The position numbers were made by a program, and so were the translations under genes. A stretch of DNA of 62,000 nt, the filler included. It is 3 parts of 3 records of this genome, joined end to end, with 100 filler letters (N's around TTAATTAATTAA, not from the genome) between each part and the next. Parts side by side here need not be neighbours in the genome. Positions count along the whole stretch, not along the records: positions 30,044 to 62,000 come from SRR20825010_7145; 2 more parts are not named here. One strand, 5' to 3'. Of the stretch, positions 31,710-40,219 are shown in pieces. The stretch's first letter is position 1; each line of letters starts with the position of its first letter. Below the pieces are notes generated by a model. That model saw only the letters and a list, made by a program, of their open reading frames with translations. It ran no database searches and was not told the DNA's origin.

Positions 31710-32450
31710 ATGAAACATTTTCTTATTATTTTCGGTTTCCTATCAATTGCTTTCTCAGGACTTTCTCAGGGCGACTATACGGACTTACGTATTTTGTACG
31801 CAGATCAAAACTATGAGAAGCTCGCTAAAGAGGCCGAAAAGTATACAACAAACGATAAAACCAAAAAGGATGTACTTCCGTACTTTTGGTTAGCAAAGGG
31901 ATTGTATAAAATTTCTCTTTCTGGTTCAGATGATGATCGTTTCAAAAATGCATACAAGGATGCTATTAAGTATTTAGGAAAAGGCATTGCCTATGACAAC
32001 AAATACAATAATGGTTCTGCTACTGAAGACGAAAAAGAGTTCGTTGGTAAATTCCAAATGTCCTTAGCGGAAATGATCTTGAATGAGATGGCTACGGACA
32101 ACTTTAAACGTGCATCAGGTTGGGCAATTAAGTACCAAAAAATCACAAACAATGAAGTAGTTGCTTTTTATGCAATGGGAGCTTGTAAGTTTTACGATAA
32201 CGACAAAACTTCTGCACGTGATAACTGGAAACAAGCAGATAAATTATTGACGGAAATAGAGTCGATTGAAAACTGGACAGATGCAGATAAAAGAATGCTT
32301 AAAATGGGCGTTTTGTATTCAGCAAAAGCGCTTAAAGACAGTAAACAAGATTCTAAAGCGAGTGAGTTAGTTGGGAAAGTTTCTCAATGGTTTGAGGAAG
32401 ATTCTGAATGGCAAACGCAATACGATGAAATTGTAAATGGTGTAGATTAA
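31710..32450 (+). CDS. Secreted hypothetical protein, helical/TPR-like
   Basis: Signal peptide MKHFLIIFGFLSIAFSGLSQ from ATG 31710; helical repeat-like pattern ('YFWLAKGLY', 'AYKDAIKYLGK'). Confidence 0.7.
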   Translation: MKHFLIIFGFLSIAFSGLSQGDYTDLRILYADQNYEKLAKEAEKYTTNDKTKKDVLPYFWLAKGLYKISLSGSDDDRFKNAYKDAIKYLGKGIAYDNKYNNGSATEDEKEFVGKFQMSLAEMILNEMATDNFKRASGWAIKYQKITNNEVVAFYAMGACKFYDNDKTSARDNWKQADKLLTEIESIENWTDADKRMLKMGVLYSAKALKDSKQDSKASELVGKVSQWFEEDSEWQTQYDEIVNGVD

Positions 32451-32474
32451 TCTCATCATTCTCTATAAAGAATT

Positions 32475-32503
32475 AAATCCCGGTGAAAGCTGGGATTTTT
32501 TTT
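32475..32503 (+). terminator. Intrinsic terminator
   Basis: AAATCCCGG-tgaaag-CTGGGATTT running into a T tract. Confidence 0.8.
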
Positions 32504-32580
32504 CGTCCAGAAATAGCAACGTGAATTCTGAACCTTTTTCACCAAAGAGTGTACTTAGTTTTGAATTTAATCTTTGATCC

Positions 32581-33186
32581 ATGAAAAATCTCATTACACT
32601 TGCTACCCTTCTATTCGGAACTTTTCAACTTTCCGCGCAATCAGACTCCCCTTTCGTTAATTTCGACCAATACGAAGCCCTTGTAAAAGAGGTGAAAGAA
32701 CATCGAAAAACACGTTTACTTGCTACTTCGGACTTTGTAGAAATGGGAGCGAGAGAAAACGTTTACATTCTCGATACACGTTCCAAAGAAATGTACGAAA
32801 GAATTCACGTGAAAGGTGCGATACACTTAAATTTCTCCGATTTCACTCAGCAGAATTTAGATAATCTATTTCCAGATCGAAATGCGACTATCCTTATTTA
32901 CTGCAACAATAATTTCAACGAAAGACTAAATATTGATATATTCGACGAGAGTGCCATAGCTTCCAAAGTGAGTTTACCAGCCAGCTTCGAACGGGTAAAT
33001 GTGAGAGAATCAATAGATCTTAACCTCAATGACCCTGCAATTCCTCAAATTACACTCGCATTAAATATTCCTACGTATATTAACCTTTTCGGATACGGAT
33101 ACAAAAACGTCTATGAATTGAAAGACATTGTAAACGTTTGGGATACTCCAATTCAATTTGAAGGAACCGACGTTACTGTGCCATAA
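32581..33186 (+). CDS. Secreted rhodanese-like domain protein
   Basis: Signal peptide; 'ILDTRS...Y...HVKGAIHL', 'ILIYCNNN', 'YGYKNVYEL'. Confidence 0.8.
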   Translation: MKNLITLATLLFGTFQLSAQSDSPFVNFDQYEALVKEVKEHRKTRLLATSDFVEMGARENVYILDTRSKEMYERIHVKGAIHLNFSDFTQQNLDNLFPDRNATILIYCNNNFNERLNIDIFDESAIASKVSLPASFERVNVRESIDLNLNDPAIPQITLALNIPTYINLFGYGYKNVYELKDIVNVWDTPIQFEGTDVTVP

Positions 33187-33212
33187 CACACTTATACTTT
33201 AACCCAACAACT

Positions 33213-33752
33213 ATGAAATTCATTCCTTTTCTCTTTCTCTTCGCCTGTGCTCCTCACCTCAGCAGTGAAAAAAGTTCTACGCAAACGGTGATTGTTGAAC
33301 CGTACATGACACTTCAAAATTATGAGCATTTTCGACGTTTGACCTTAAAAGCGGACAATGGAGATATTGACTATATCAAGGGATTTGAATTTGAATGGGG
33401 ATATGAATACAAACTCAGCGTAAACGCAGAAAAGCTAAAATCAACATTGTCTGATGGTACACGATACAATTATTCTTTGAAAAAAGTAATCTCAAAAACA
33501 AAGGTATCAGATACGACTGAGTTCAAATTGTTCATTGCCCCACATCGCTATTATTATGAAGGAGAAAGCGAAGAAATGAACGCCATGCTAACATCCATTA
33601 ACGATAGTACATTTTTGTACTGTGAGGAAGTTGAAATCGAAGTACCAACGGACCTAATGACTACTTTCAAGGCGAACATGACAAGCGAACAAGGTAAAAT
33701 CGGTCACTTTACCTTTGTGAATGAAAAGAGAATTCGTTTAGTGAGGATGTAA
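33213..33752 (+). CDS. Lipoprotein with DUF4377-like domain
   Basis: Lipobox LFAC; 'YIKGFEFEWGYEYKLSV...SDGT..NYSLKKVISK'. Confidence 0.65.
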   Translation: MKFIPFLFLFACAPHLSSEKSSTQTVIVEPYMTLQNYEHFRRLTLKADNGDIDYIKGFEFEWGYEYKLSVNAEKLKSTLSDGTRYNYSLKKVISKTKVSDTTEFKLFIAPHRYYYEGESEEMNAMLTSINDSTFLYCEEVEIEVPTDLMTTFKANMTSEQGKIGHFTFVNEKRIRLVRM

Positions 33753-33814
33753 TAATCCCAACACAAAAGCATAAAACAACTCTATAGATACGCGCTTATT
33801 TTTAGTTATATTGG

Positions 33815-34540
33815 TTGATTAAAATCAGGTCTATTTTGATAAAAAAAATCATCGTACTTCTTATATTTCTTTTGAGCAACTTTATAAGTTGGAGTCAAGT
33901 AGAAACCATCGATAGTGTTCGTTGGATTAGAATTTTAAGAAGTAAAACGAATTCTCCTCTTTTCTCTTTTTCTGGAATGAACGATAGCACGTTGTTTGGA
34001 TGCACTTGGAGAAATGCGAATTCTGGCGAAAGTGTTTTTTTCTTAGAATCTAAAGATATAAGTGATAAATCTCCCATGTACACAAGATTGTTAAAGTATC
34101 CTTTCATCGATAGTTTAATAATAGATCCTTGTATCACAAATCACTGGGAGTGTAGTGATCTGGAAGAATCAAGTGCTATAAAATTTGCCTATGACATCAA
34201 TAATCCTTTGACAAATTCTCAAGGATATCCAATAATTGTTGTAATGGATTACGGATTCCTCTGCTATACCTATCCTCCAAGAACCTACACACTCATTCCA
34301 ATTGACAATATAGACGAGCTAAGAATCAAGGAAGTAAGGTACTTTGACGAGTCCACGAATGCGTACAATTATAGACCTATAGCTGTTCAACTAACTCCAC
34401 AAAAAGTAGGTCAAATGAGTTCTGAGATTTGGTTGGATCTGGAAAAACTTAAATTAAAATGGCCCGATGTTTCAAATTTACCCTGGTTTCAGTTTATTGA
34501 GAATAAAAACTATAGTGGAAAAAAATACATGCAACTTTAA
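33815..34540 (+). CDS. Secreted protein, divergent GldN/PorN-like
   Basis: Signal peptide; 'WIRILRSKTNSPLF', 'LRIKEVRYFD.....YRPIAV', 'EIWLDL' and 'FIENKNYSG' resemble GldN blocks. Confidence 0.55.
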   Translation: MIKIRSILIKKIIVLLIFLLSNFISWSQVETIDSVRWIRILRSKTNSPLFSFSGMNDSTLFGCTWRNANSGESVFFLESKDISDKSPMYTRLLKYPFIDSLIIDPCITNHWECSDLEESSAIKFAYDINNPLTNSQGYPIIVVMDYGFLCYTYPPRTYTLIPIDNIDELRIKEVRYFDESTNAYNYRPIAVQLTPQKVGQMSSEIWLDLEKLKLKWPDVSNLPWFQFIENKNYSGKKYMQL

Positions 34541-34602
34541 AGTCCCCAAAGCGTCAGCAAACATGCGAATGGTAAATTTTAATCTATCTAGATCAAAAAA
34601 AT

Positions 34603-34636
34603 AGAAGCGACTTAGACAATTGTTCAGGTTGCTTCT
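34603..34636 (+). terminator. Hairpin / possible terminator
   Basis: AGAAGCGACTT...AGGTTGCTTCT, an 11-bp stem with G-U pairs on the + strand; weak U tail. Confidence 0.4.
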
Positions 34637-34703
34637 CCTTTAATGACAGTTGAATTCATCTAAAATCGATATTCAATCAATGGAGATTTTGTAAATTTAA
34701 CGC

Positions 34704-35177
34704 ATGACTAAATCATTTCTTTTTTTTCTTTTATTTTCCAGCTTTCTCTCTTGTGGCGTAGAACAAGCAAATGACGATACTATTAATGCGATTACGGATC
34801 GAACAGAGTTTATGCACAAAAAGGTTTTCGGCAAGCTTAAACTTGTTGTACCAATTCGTGAAGAAGCCATTCACGGAAATTGGGAAATTATCCTCTCACT
34901 CTTTACAGTTACTACTAGAAATGGAGAGCGCGGAAACTCAACCTTCGGAATGGAAGGAAATCGTGCTGAAATTTTACCTGACGGAAAATTTGTTTCTCAC
35001 TTCCCTGATGGTAAAAAGAATGGAAACTGGAGCTTAACGGAAAACAAAACAGTATTTAATGAGCTGTTTGATGGAGAAGTTTTTGACTCCTATCAAGTGA
35101 GGGTTCACGGAGATACCATGGAGTGGATTCGTCCCAACAATGATGAAATCATGTATTTCGTTTTAGTCAAAAAATGA
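34704..35177 (+). CDS. Hypothetical lipoprotein (lipocalin-like beta barrel possible)
   Basis: Lipobox FLSC; 'IHGNWEI' and 'GNWSL' patterns. Confidence 0.6.
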   Translation: MTKSFLFFLLFSSFLSCGVEQANDDTINAITDRTEFMHKKVFGKLKLVVPIREEAIHGNWEIILSLFTVTTRNGERGNSTFGMEGNRAEILPDGKFVSHFPDGKKNGNWSLTENKTVFNELFDGEVFDSYQVRVHGDTMEWIRPNNDEIMYFVLVKK

Positions 35178-35500
35178 ACTGGATCATTCTCATAATTGCG
35201 GGCTTTTTTGAAGTTGCTTTTGCATTTTGTCTTGGCAAAGCAAAGGAAACCACAGGTAATCACATGTATTGGTGGTACGCCGCATTTTTAGTTACGCTAA
35301 CCATAAGTATGCTTTTACTCATCAAGGCTTCACAAAGTCTACCGATTGGCACAGCTTATGCCGTGTGGACAGGAATTGGCGCAGTTGGCACTGTGATCGT
35401 TGGAATTTACTTTTTTAACGAACCGACGAGTTTCTGGAGAATCCTGTTTCTCTTTACATTAATTGGATCCATTGTAGGATTAAAAGCGGTTTCGCATTAA
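35174..35500 (+). CDS. sugE: Small multidrug resistance (SMR) transporter, SugE/Gdx-like
   Basis: Membrane Glu in 'AGFFEV'; 'LPIGTAYAVWTGIGAVG'; 4 TM helices; ATGA overlap with the upstream gene. Confidence 0.85.
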   Translation: MNWIILIIAGFFEVAFAFCLGKAKETTGNHMYWWYAAFLVTLTISMLLLIKASQSLPIGTAYAVWTGIGAVGTVIVGIYFFNEPTSFWRILFLFTLIGSIVGLKAVSH

Positions 35501-35528
35501 GTGTCTAGATCGTCAAAACAAAAAATTA

Positions 35529-36092
35529 ATGCGCAACTATTTAAGATCATTCAATTTGCTCACAGATTCGGAGATCGAAACATTGGAAAAAATGGTTCGT
35601 CCAAGAACACTTAAAAAAGGTGATTTTTTCGTGAAAGAGGGAACTACATGCAATGAAATCGCCTTTGTTGCTTCTGGAATACTTCGATCGTTTTACTATT
35701 CATCACATTCGGAAGAAATCACTTTTTGCTTTACGTTTGAACGTTCATTTATGACGGCCTATTCGTCGTTGATCTCAAACTCAAAAACCAACGAAAACAT
35801 TGAAGCACTCACAGATGTAGAACTCTACGTTTTTACCAAGGATCAACTGCACTATATAGAAAACTCAAGCGTCAACTGGCTCAGATTTTCCAAAATGATG
35901 GCTGAGCAAGAATACATCCGATTAGAAAAACGCATTTTCCTTCTCCAAAAGGAATCGGCAGAAACCAAACACGATGATCTCATGAGAAATCATCCGGAAT
36001 ACGTGGAAATCATTCCACTCACCCACCTCGCGTCTTACTTAGGAATTACTCAACGACATCTGAGCAGATTGCGAAAATCGAGAGTCGACTAG
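35529..36092 (+). CDS. Crp/Fnr family transcriptional regulator (Bacteroidetes type)
   Basis: cNMP-binding-like 'LKKGDFFVKEG...FVASGILR'; HTH 'LASYLGITQRHLSRLR'. Confidence 0.9.
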   Translation: MRNYLRSFNLLTDSEIETLEKMVRPRTLKKGDFFVKEGTTCNEIAFVASGILRSFYYSSHSEEITFCFTFERSFMTAYSSLISNSKTNENIEALTDVELYVFTKDQLHYIENSSVNWLRFSKMMAEQEYIRLEKRIFLLQKESAETKHDDLMRNHPEYVEIIPLTHLASYLGITQRHLSRLRKSRVD

Positions 36093-36101
36093 ACAAATGT
36101 C
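36092..36101. promoter_or_regulatory. Candidate Crp/Fnr-family binding site upstream of the NAD(P)H dehydrogenase
   Basis: GACA-AA-TGTC palindrome immediately after the regulator stop, about 45 nt before the target start. Confidence 0.45.
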
Positions 36102-36146
36102 CTTTTACAAGGAGAATTGAACTTCGTTCTTTGTAGGAAAAAAGAA

Positions 36147-36725
36147 ATGAAGAACATTTTAATCATCAACGGACATCCAGACAAACTTAGCTTCAACTAT
36201 GCACTTTCCGAAGCTTACAAGAATGGAGCAAAAGACACGGATTCAATTATTGAACAAATTAATATCGCCGATTTGAATTTTAACCCGAACTTGAAATACG
36301 GTTTTCGAGAACGGACAGAATTGGAACCAGACTTACTCGAAGCTATTAAAAAGATCAAAGCAGCAGATCACATAGTTTGGTTTTTTCCAATCTGGTGGCA
36401 AGGTACTCCCGCTTTGATGAAAGGTTTTATTGATCGAACATTCCTTCCTGGAATCACATTCGAAATGATTAAAGGGAAACCACTTCCGAAAAAATTACTC
36501 AAAGGTAAAACAGCAAGAATGGTTGTAACATCCGATACTCCACGATGGTATAATTTCTTGGTGTTAAAAAGTCCAGCCATCAATCAGTTTAAAAAAGGAA
36601 CGCTCCAATTTTGCGGAATCGGGCCAACAAAGCTCACGTATATCTCACCAATAAAAGGTTCAACGCCCGACTTCAGAGAAAAATGGCTCAAGAAAGCACT
36701 TCTTTTAGGACAGAAATTATCGTAG
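36147..36725 (+). CDS. NAD(P)H dehydrogenase (quinone), flavodoxin-2 fold (MdaB/KefF-like)
   Basis: 'ILIINGHP...SFN', 'ADHIVW.FPIWW..PALMKGFIDR'. Start ATG 36147. Confidence 0.9.
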   Translation: MKNILIINGHPDKLSFNYALSEAYKNGAKDTDSIIEQINIADLNFNPNLKYGFRERTELEPDLLEAIKKIKAADHIVWFFPIWWQGTPALMKGFIDRTFLPGITFEMIKGKPLPKKLLKGKTARMVVTSDTPRWYNFLVLKSPAINQFKKGTLQFCGIGPTKLTYISPIKGSTPDFREKWLKKALLLGQKLS

Positions 36726-36828
36726 ATCCCAAAAAATTCAGGGAAACACCTGAACTCTCTCAGCTCGCAATTGTCGAATTTTGACCCAAGTTTTGAAAAT
36801 GGATTCAAACACTAACTTAATTTAGATC

Positions 36829-37824
36829 ATGTCAAAATCATTTCGTTTAGTAATCTTTTGTTTACTTACAATACCTGCGACTCTTGCTCAAAACCTTGTT
36901 CCGAATGCGAGTTTTGAGAGTTTCTCAAACCAATTTTGTGGATTAATGGTCCCCGCTGATTTCAATCAATCGATGATAAATTGGTACACTCCGACAAATG
37001 GTTCGCCAGATACGTATTATACAAACATCACTAATACGTGTTACAACTATCAGCCAAATAGCCAATACTCTGGAATAATTGGAATAAAAGGTAATCAAAC
37101 TCCAAGAACGGGCGAAGCGATGGCGGGCATTCACGCATACACCATTTCTGGGCAAAATCAACGCGAGTATATTCAAGTAGAATTAGTAAGTCCGCTTACT
37201 GTAGGATTCTACTATGTCGTTCAGTATTACGTCTCTTTGGCAGATTCTGTAGAATTTTCTGTGGATAACATCGGTGCGCTGTTCTCAGTCGGTCAAGTTG
37301 TATCTTCGAATGATAATGTTCTAAATTACTCGCCGCAAATTTCTTATACTGGAGGCTTTATCGACGATGTTTCTGAATGGACATTGATCTCAGATACACT
37401 ATTGGCGCAAGATGCGTTTACCCATCTGACAATTGGAAATTTTAATAACGATAACGCAACGAATACGCTTGCCAATCCATTCGCTTCGGGAAATGTTGGA
37501 ACCTACGGATCATATTATTACATCGACGATATCCGTGTTGAAGAAGTTCGGGGACTTTCAATATCGGACACAGAAGAAAAGAATTCATTAACGATCTATC
37601 CAAATCCCGCAAACAACGAAGTGTCTATTGAATACAACGGTGATCTGTCAGCTTCGGAGATCGAACTCTTCAATAATCTTGGTCAAAAAGTTTCTTTTCG
37701 CCCGAGCCTGTCCGAATTCGGGAAAATGAAATTCAACGTTCGTCACTTAGAAGAAGGTTTATACATTCTAAAAATCAAAAACGATCTACAATCCACAACC
37801 GCAAAAATAATCGTTAGCCATTAA
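36829..37824 (+). CDS. T9SS type A sorting-domain protein
   Basis: Signal peptide with 'QNLVPNASFE'; 'YYYIDDIRV'; C-terminal domain 'IYPNPA...GLYILKI...KIIV'. Confidence 0.85.
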   Translation: MSKSFRLVIFCLLTIPATLAQNLVPNASFESFSNQFCGLMVPADFNQSMINWYTPTNGSPDTYYTNITNTCYNYQPNSQYSGIIGIKGNQTPRTGEAMAGIHAYTISGQNQREYIQVELVSPLTVGFYYVVQYYVSLADSVEFSVDNIGALFSVGQVVSSNDNVLNYSPQISYTGGFIDDVSEWTLISDTLLAQDAFTHLTIGNFNNDNATNTLANPFASGNVGTYGSYYYIDDIRVEEVRGLSISDTEEKNSLTIYPNPANNEVSIEYNGDLSASEIELFNNLGQKVSFRPSLSEFGKMKFNVRHLEEGLYILKIKNDLQSTTAKIIVSH

Positions 37825-37964
37825 GTCGATTTTAAGATTTAATGACAAGCCTTTTTATTCTCGACTTGAGCAAACACACCATTTTATTGATTAAAACATA
37901 GCATTCACAGATACACCTTCGCCTGTTAGCTCTGGAAAAAATCTATCTTTGCAATTCACAAACT

Positions 37965-38816
37965 ATGATTAAATCGCTATTCCCGAGATTTTTTTCATTG
38001 GAGTTTAAAATAATTGTAATGAGTAGCGATATTTCCGACTTAGAAAAACATTTCAGGGCAAATGAAGGTAGATTAATTCACAAATGGAACCATTATTTTG
38101 ACATTTATGATCGTCACTTCAGTCGGTTCAGAAACAAAGAAATTACCATTCTTGAAATTGGCGTTTCACAAGGCGGAAGTCTCCAAATGTGGAAAGATTA
38201 TTTTGGACCACAGGCAAAAATCATCGGAATTGATATTGAACCTCAATGTAAATCATTAGAAGAGGAGAATATTCAAATTTTCATTGGCTCTCAATCGGAC
38301 AGAACTTTTTTACAAGAAGTAAAACGCAACATTCCCAAAATTGACATACTTATTGACGATGGAGGTCACACCATGGAGCAATTGAAAGTCAGCTATGAAG
38401 AACTATTCGACCATATTAAGAACGATGGCGTTTACTTAGCTGAAGACCTTCATACTTGTTATTGGTTGGAGTTTGGAGGCGGATACAAAAGACGAAATTC
38501 CTTCATTGAATACAGCAAAAACTTTATCGATTCGTTGAATGCCTTCCATTCGGAGCAGCGAAATCTCAAGGTCAATTCGTTTACTCGAAGTGTAGATTCT
38601 GTTCACTACTACGACAGTATTGTGGTAGTTGAGAAAAAAGTAAGAGAAGAACCTTTTCATGAAAAAACAGGGGAGTTATCGTTTGTTGTTCCACCCGGAA
38701 AAAGCCCAACTTTCTTTCAAAAGGTCGATCATAAACTCAGTCTAAAAAAAAGAACACTCACCATAATTAATAAATCACTTCGGTTTTTGAGGCTGGGTGG
38801 ATATATTTGGAAGTAG
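37965..38816 (+). CDS. Class I SAM-dependent methyltransferase (sugar O-methyltransferase-like)
   Basis: 'ILEIGV..GGSL.MW', 'IGIDI', 'GSQSD', 'ILIDDGGH', 'YLAEDL'. Start may be ATG 38019. TATCTTTG at 37944-37951. Confidence 0.85.
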   Translation: MIKSLFPRFFSLEFKIIVMSSDISDLEKHFRANEGRLIHKWNHYFDIYDRHFSRFRNKEITILEIGVSQGGSLQMWKDYFGPQAKIIGIDIEPQCKSLEEENIQIFIGSQSDRTFLQEVKRNIPKIDILIDDGGHTMEQLKVSYEELFDHIKNDGVYLAEDLHTCYWLEFGGGYKRRNSFIEYSKNFIDSLNAFHSEQRNLKVNSFTRSVDSVHYYDSIVVVEKKVREEPFHEKTGELSFVVPPGKSPTFFQKVDHKLSLKKRTLTIINKSLRFLRLGGYIWK

Positions 38817-38837
38817 GTTAAAGCTATTTTGTAACCT

Positions 38838-39194
38838 ATGGATAAAACCAGATTGTTCATCAATTATATTTATTCGATTATTGCATTGTTTATAATGGAG
38901 AAGGGTGAATTGAATTCATTTGGAAGGCGATTTTCACATTGGCTCATCGCTGTTTCATTTGGTGGGGTCTTAAATCTGTGTATTTATCCTTTTATTCGGG
39001 ATGCTGTTTTTTCGATCTTCTTTGGTCTTTCTGGTGGTTTAATTCTTGGACTTTTATGGATGATTTTAGAAGGCTTTACCTTTAATCCAAAGGTTAATGA
39101 GCTGACCAAAGGGACTCAAAGTCTCTATTTCATACTAATCATCATTTCGATTCTAGCACTTTTTATTGTTCCTATCTTCTTAATTGCACACTAA
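38838..39194 (+). CDS. Hypothetical membrane protein
   Basis: Three to four hydrophobic helices; co-oriented with its neighbours. Confidence 0.55.
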   Translation: MDKTRLFINYIYSIIALFIMEKGELNSFGRRFSHWLIAVSFGGVLNLCIYPFIRDAVFSIFFGLSGGLILGLLWMILEGFTFNPKVNELTKGTQSLYFILIIISILALFIVPIFLIAH

Positions 39195-39227
39195 AAAAAA
39201 CTATTTTTCAGAGAAAAGAATCTAGAA

Positions 39228-39776
39228 ATGCTCAAATTACTATTCATCTTGATAATCTCCATTACGAGTTTAAGCACTTCAGCGCAAACAGATTCGATGT
39301 TTATTCTCAAAGGGAATGCGTATTTCTCCAATGAAGATTTCGGCTATCCAGACAGTTCACTGCACGGAAGACTTTGTTGGTATTCAAATATTCTTCATGA
39401 GAATAATGAACCCGTGCTTTTCAATTTATCTACGGAGAACACTATCTATCGCTTCACACACATTAATCGTTTTGGACATGGATATAGCATTCGACTAGAA
39501 AAGAATGATTCGACCTACACGCTCTTTATCGCAGATCGCGGGGAAACTATAGAAAGAAACCTATATCGTTTTGAAGCAAAAGAATTCGAAAAGAGACTCA
39601 AAAGATGCCGATTTTGGAAAATGCCTACACGCAAAGGTCCAAGTGGACGAGATTGCGCGCTGTGGATTTTTGAAGGAATCCAAGATTCAGAATACCATGT
39701 CGTGGATCGATCTTCGCCAAAAAAACGCTCGAGTTACCGAAAAATGTGTCAGTATTTGAAGTATTTGATTTTGTAA
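39228..39776 (+). CDS. Secreted hypothetical protein
   Basis: Signal peptide ending TSAQ; C-terminal 'FWKMP...G.D...WIFEG...YHVVDR.SP'. Confidence 0.65.
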   Translation: MLKLLFILIISITSLSTSAQTDSMFILKGNAYFSNEDFGYPDSSLHGRLCWYSNILHENNEPVLFNLSTENTIYRFTHINRFGHGYSIRLEKNDSTYTLFIADRGETIERNLYRFEAKEFEKRLKRCRFWKMPTRKGPSGRDCALWIFEGIQDSEYHVVDRSSPKKRSSYRKMCQYLKYLIL

Positions 39777-39792
39777 GCACTCTATAATTCTC

Positions 39793-40191
39793 ATGAAACG
39801 ATTTCGAAAAACTCACTTTCTCTATTTTGTAAATGCGCTCGCTTTGTGCCTTGCATCATTTTTTACAAAGAGTAGTTTAGACATCTCGCTTCATGACACC
39901 TATTTTGTTATTCGCACTTCACACGTTCTCCTCCTTTTAGCGATTCCATTTATTGTTTTCGGTATAATAACTATGGTTATGTCGACAATCAACAGGCCTC
40001 TCAATGTATGGCTTTCGCTTTTCCATTATTTCATCACTTCTATTGGTTTGGTCTATATATGCTTCCTAACAGCTTATCCAATATCTTCAACAAACGAATG
40101 GATCGCAATTGTACTCATTTTCATAACCTTAGCCCAAATTCTATTCATCGTCAACGTAATTCGAAGTCTAGTGATGAAGCGAAAAAAATAA
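39793..40191 (+). CDS. Small membrane protein resembling the C-terminal helices of cytochrome c oxidase subunit I
   Basis: 'LDISLHDTYFVI...H', 'WLSLFHYFIT', 'AQILFIVNV'; four TM helices. Confidence 0.6.
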   Translation: MKRFRKTHFLYFVNALALCLASFFTKSSLDISLHDTYFVIRTSHVLLLLAIPFIVFGIITMVMSTINRPLNVWLSLFHYFITSIGLVYICFLTAYPISSTNEWIAIVLIFITLAQILFIVNVIRSLVMKRKK

Positions 40192-40219
40192 CTGCGCCTT
40201 TTTTATATCTTTAATCGCT

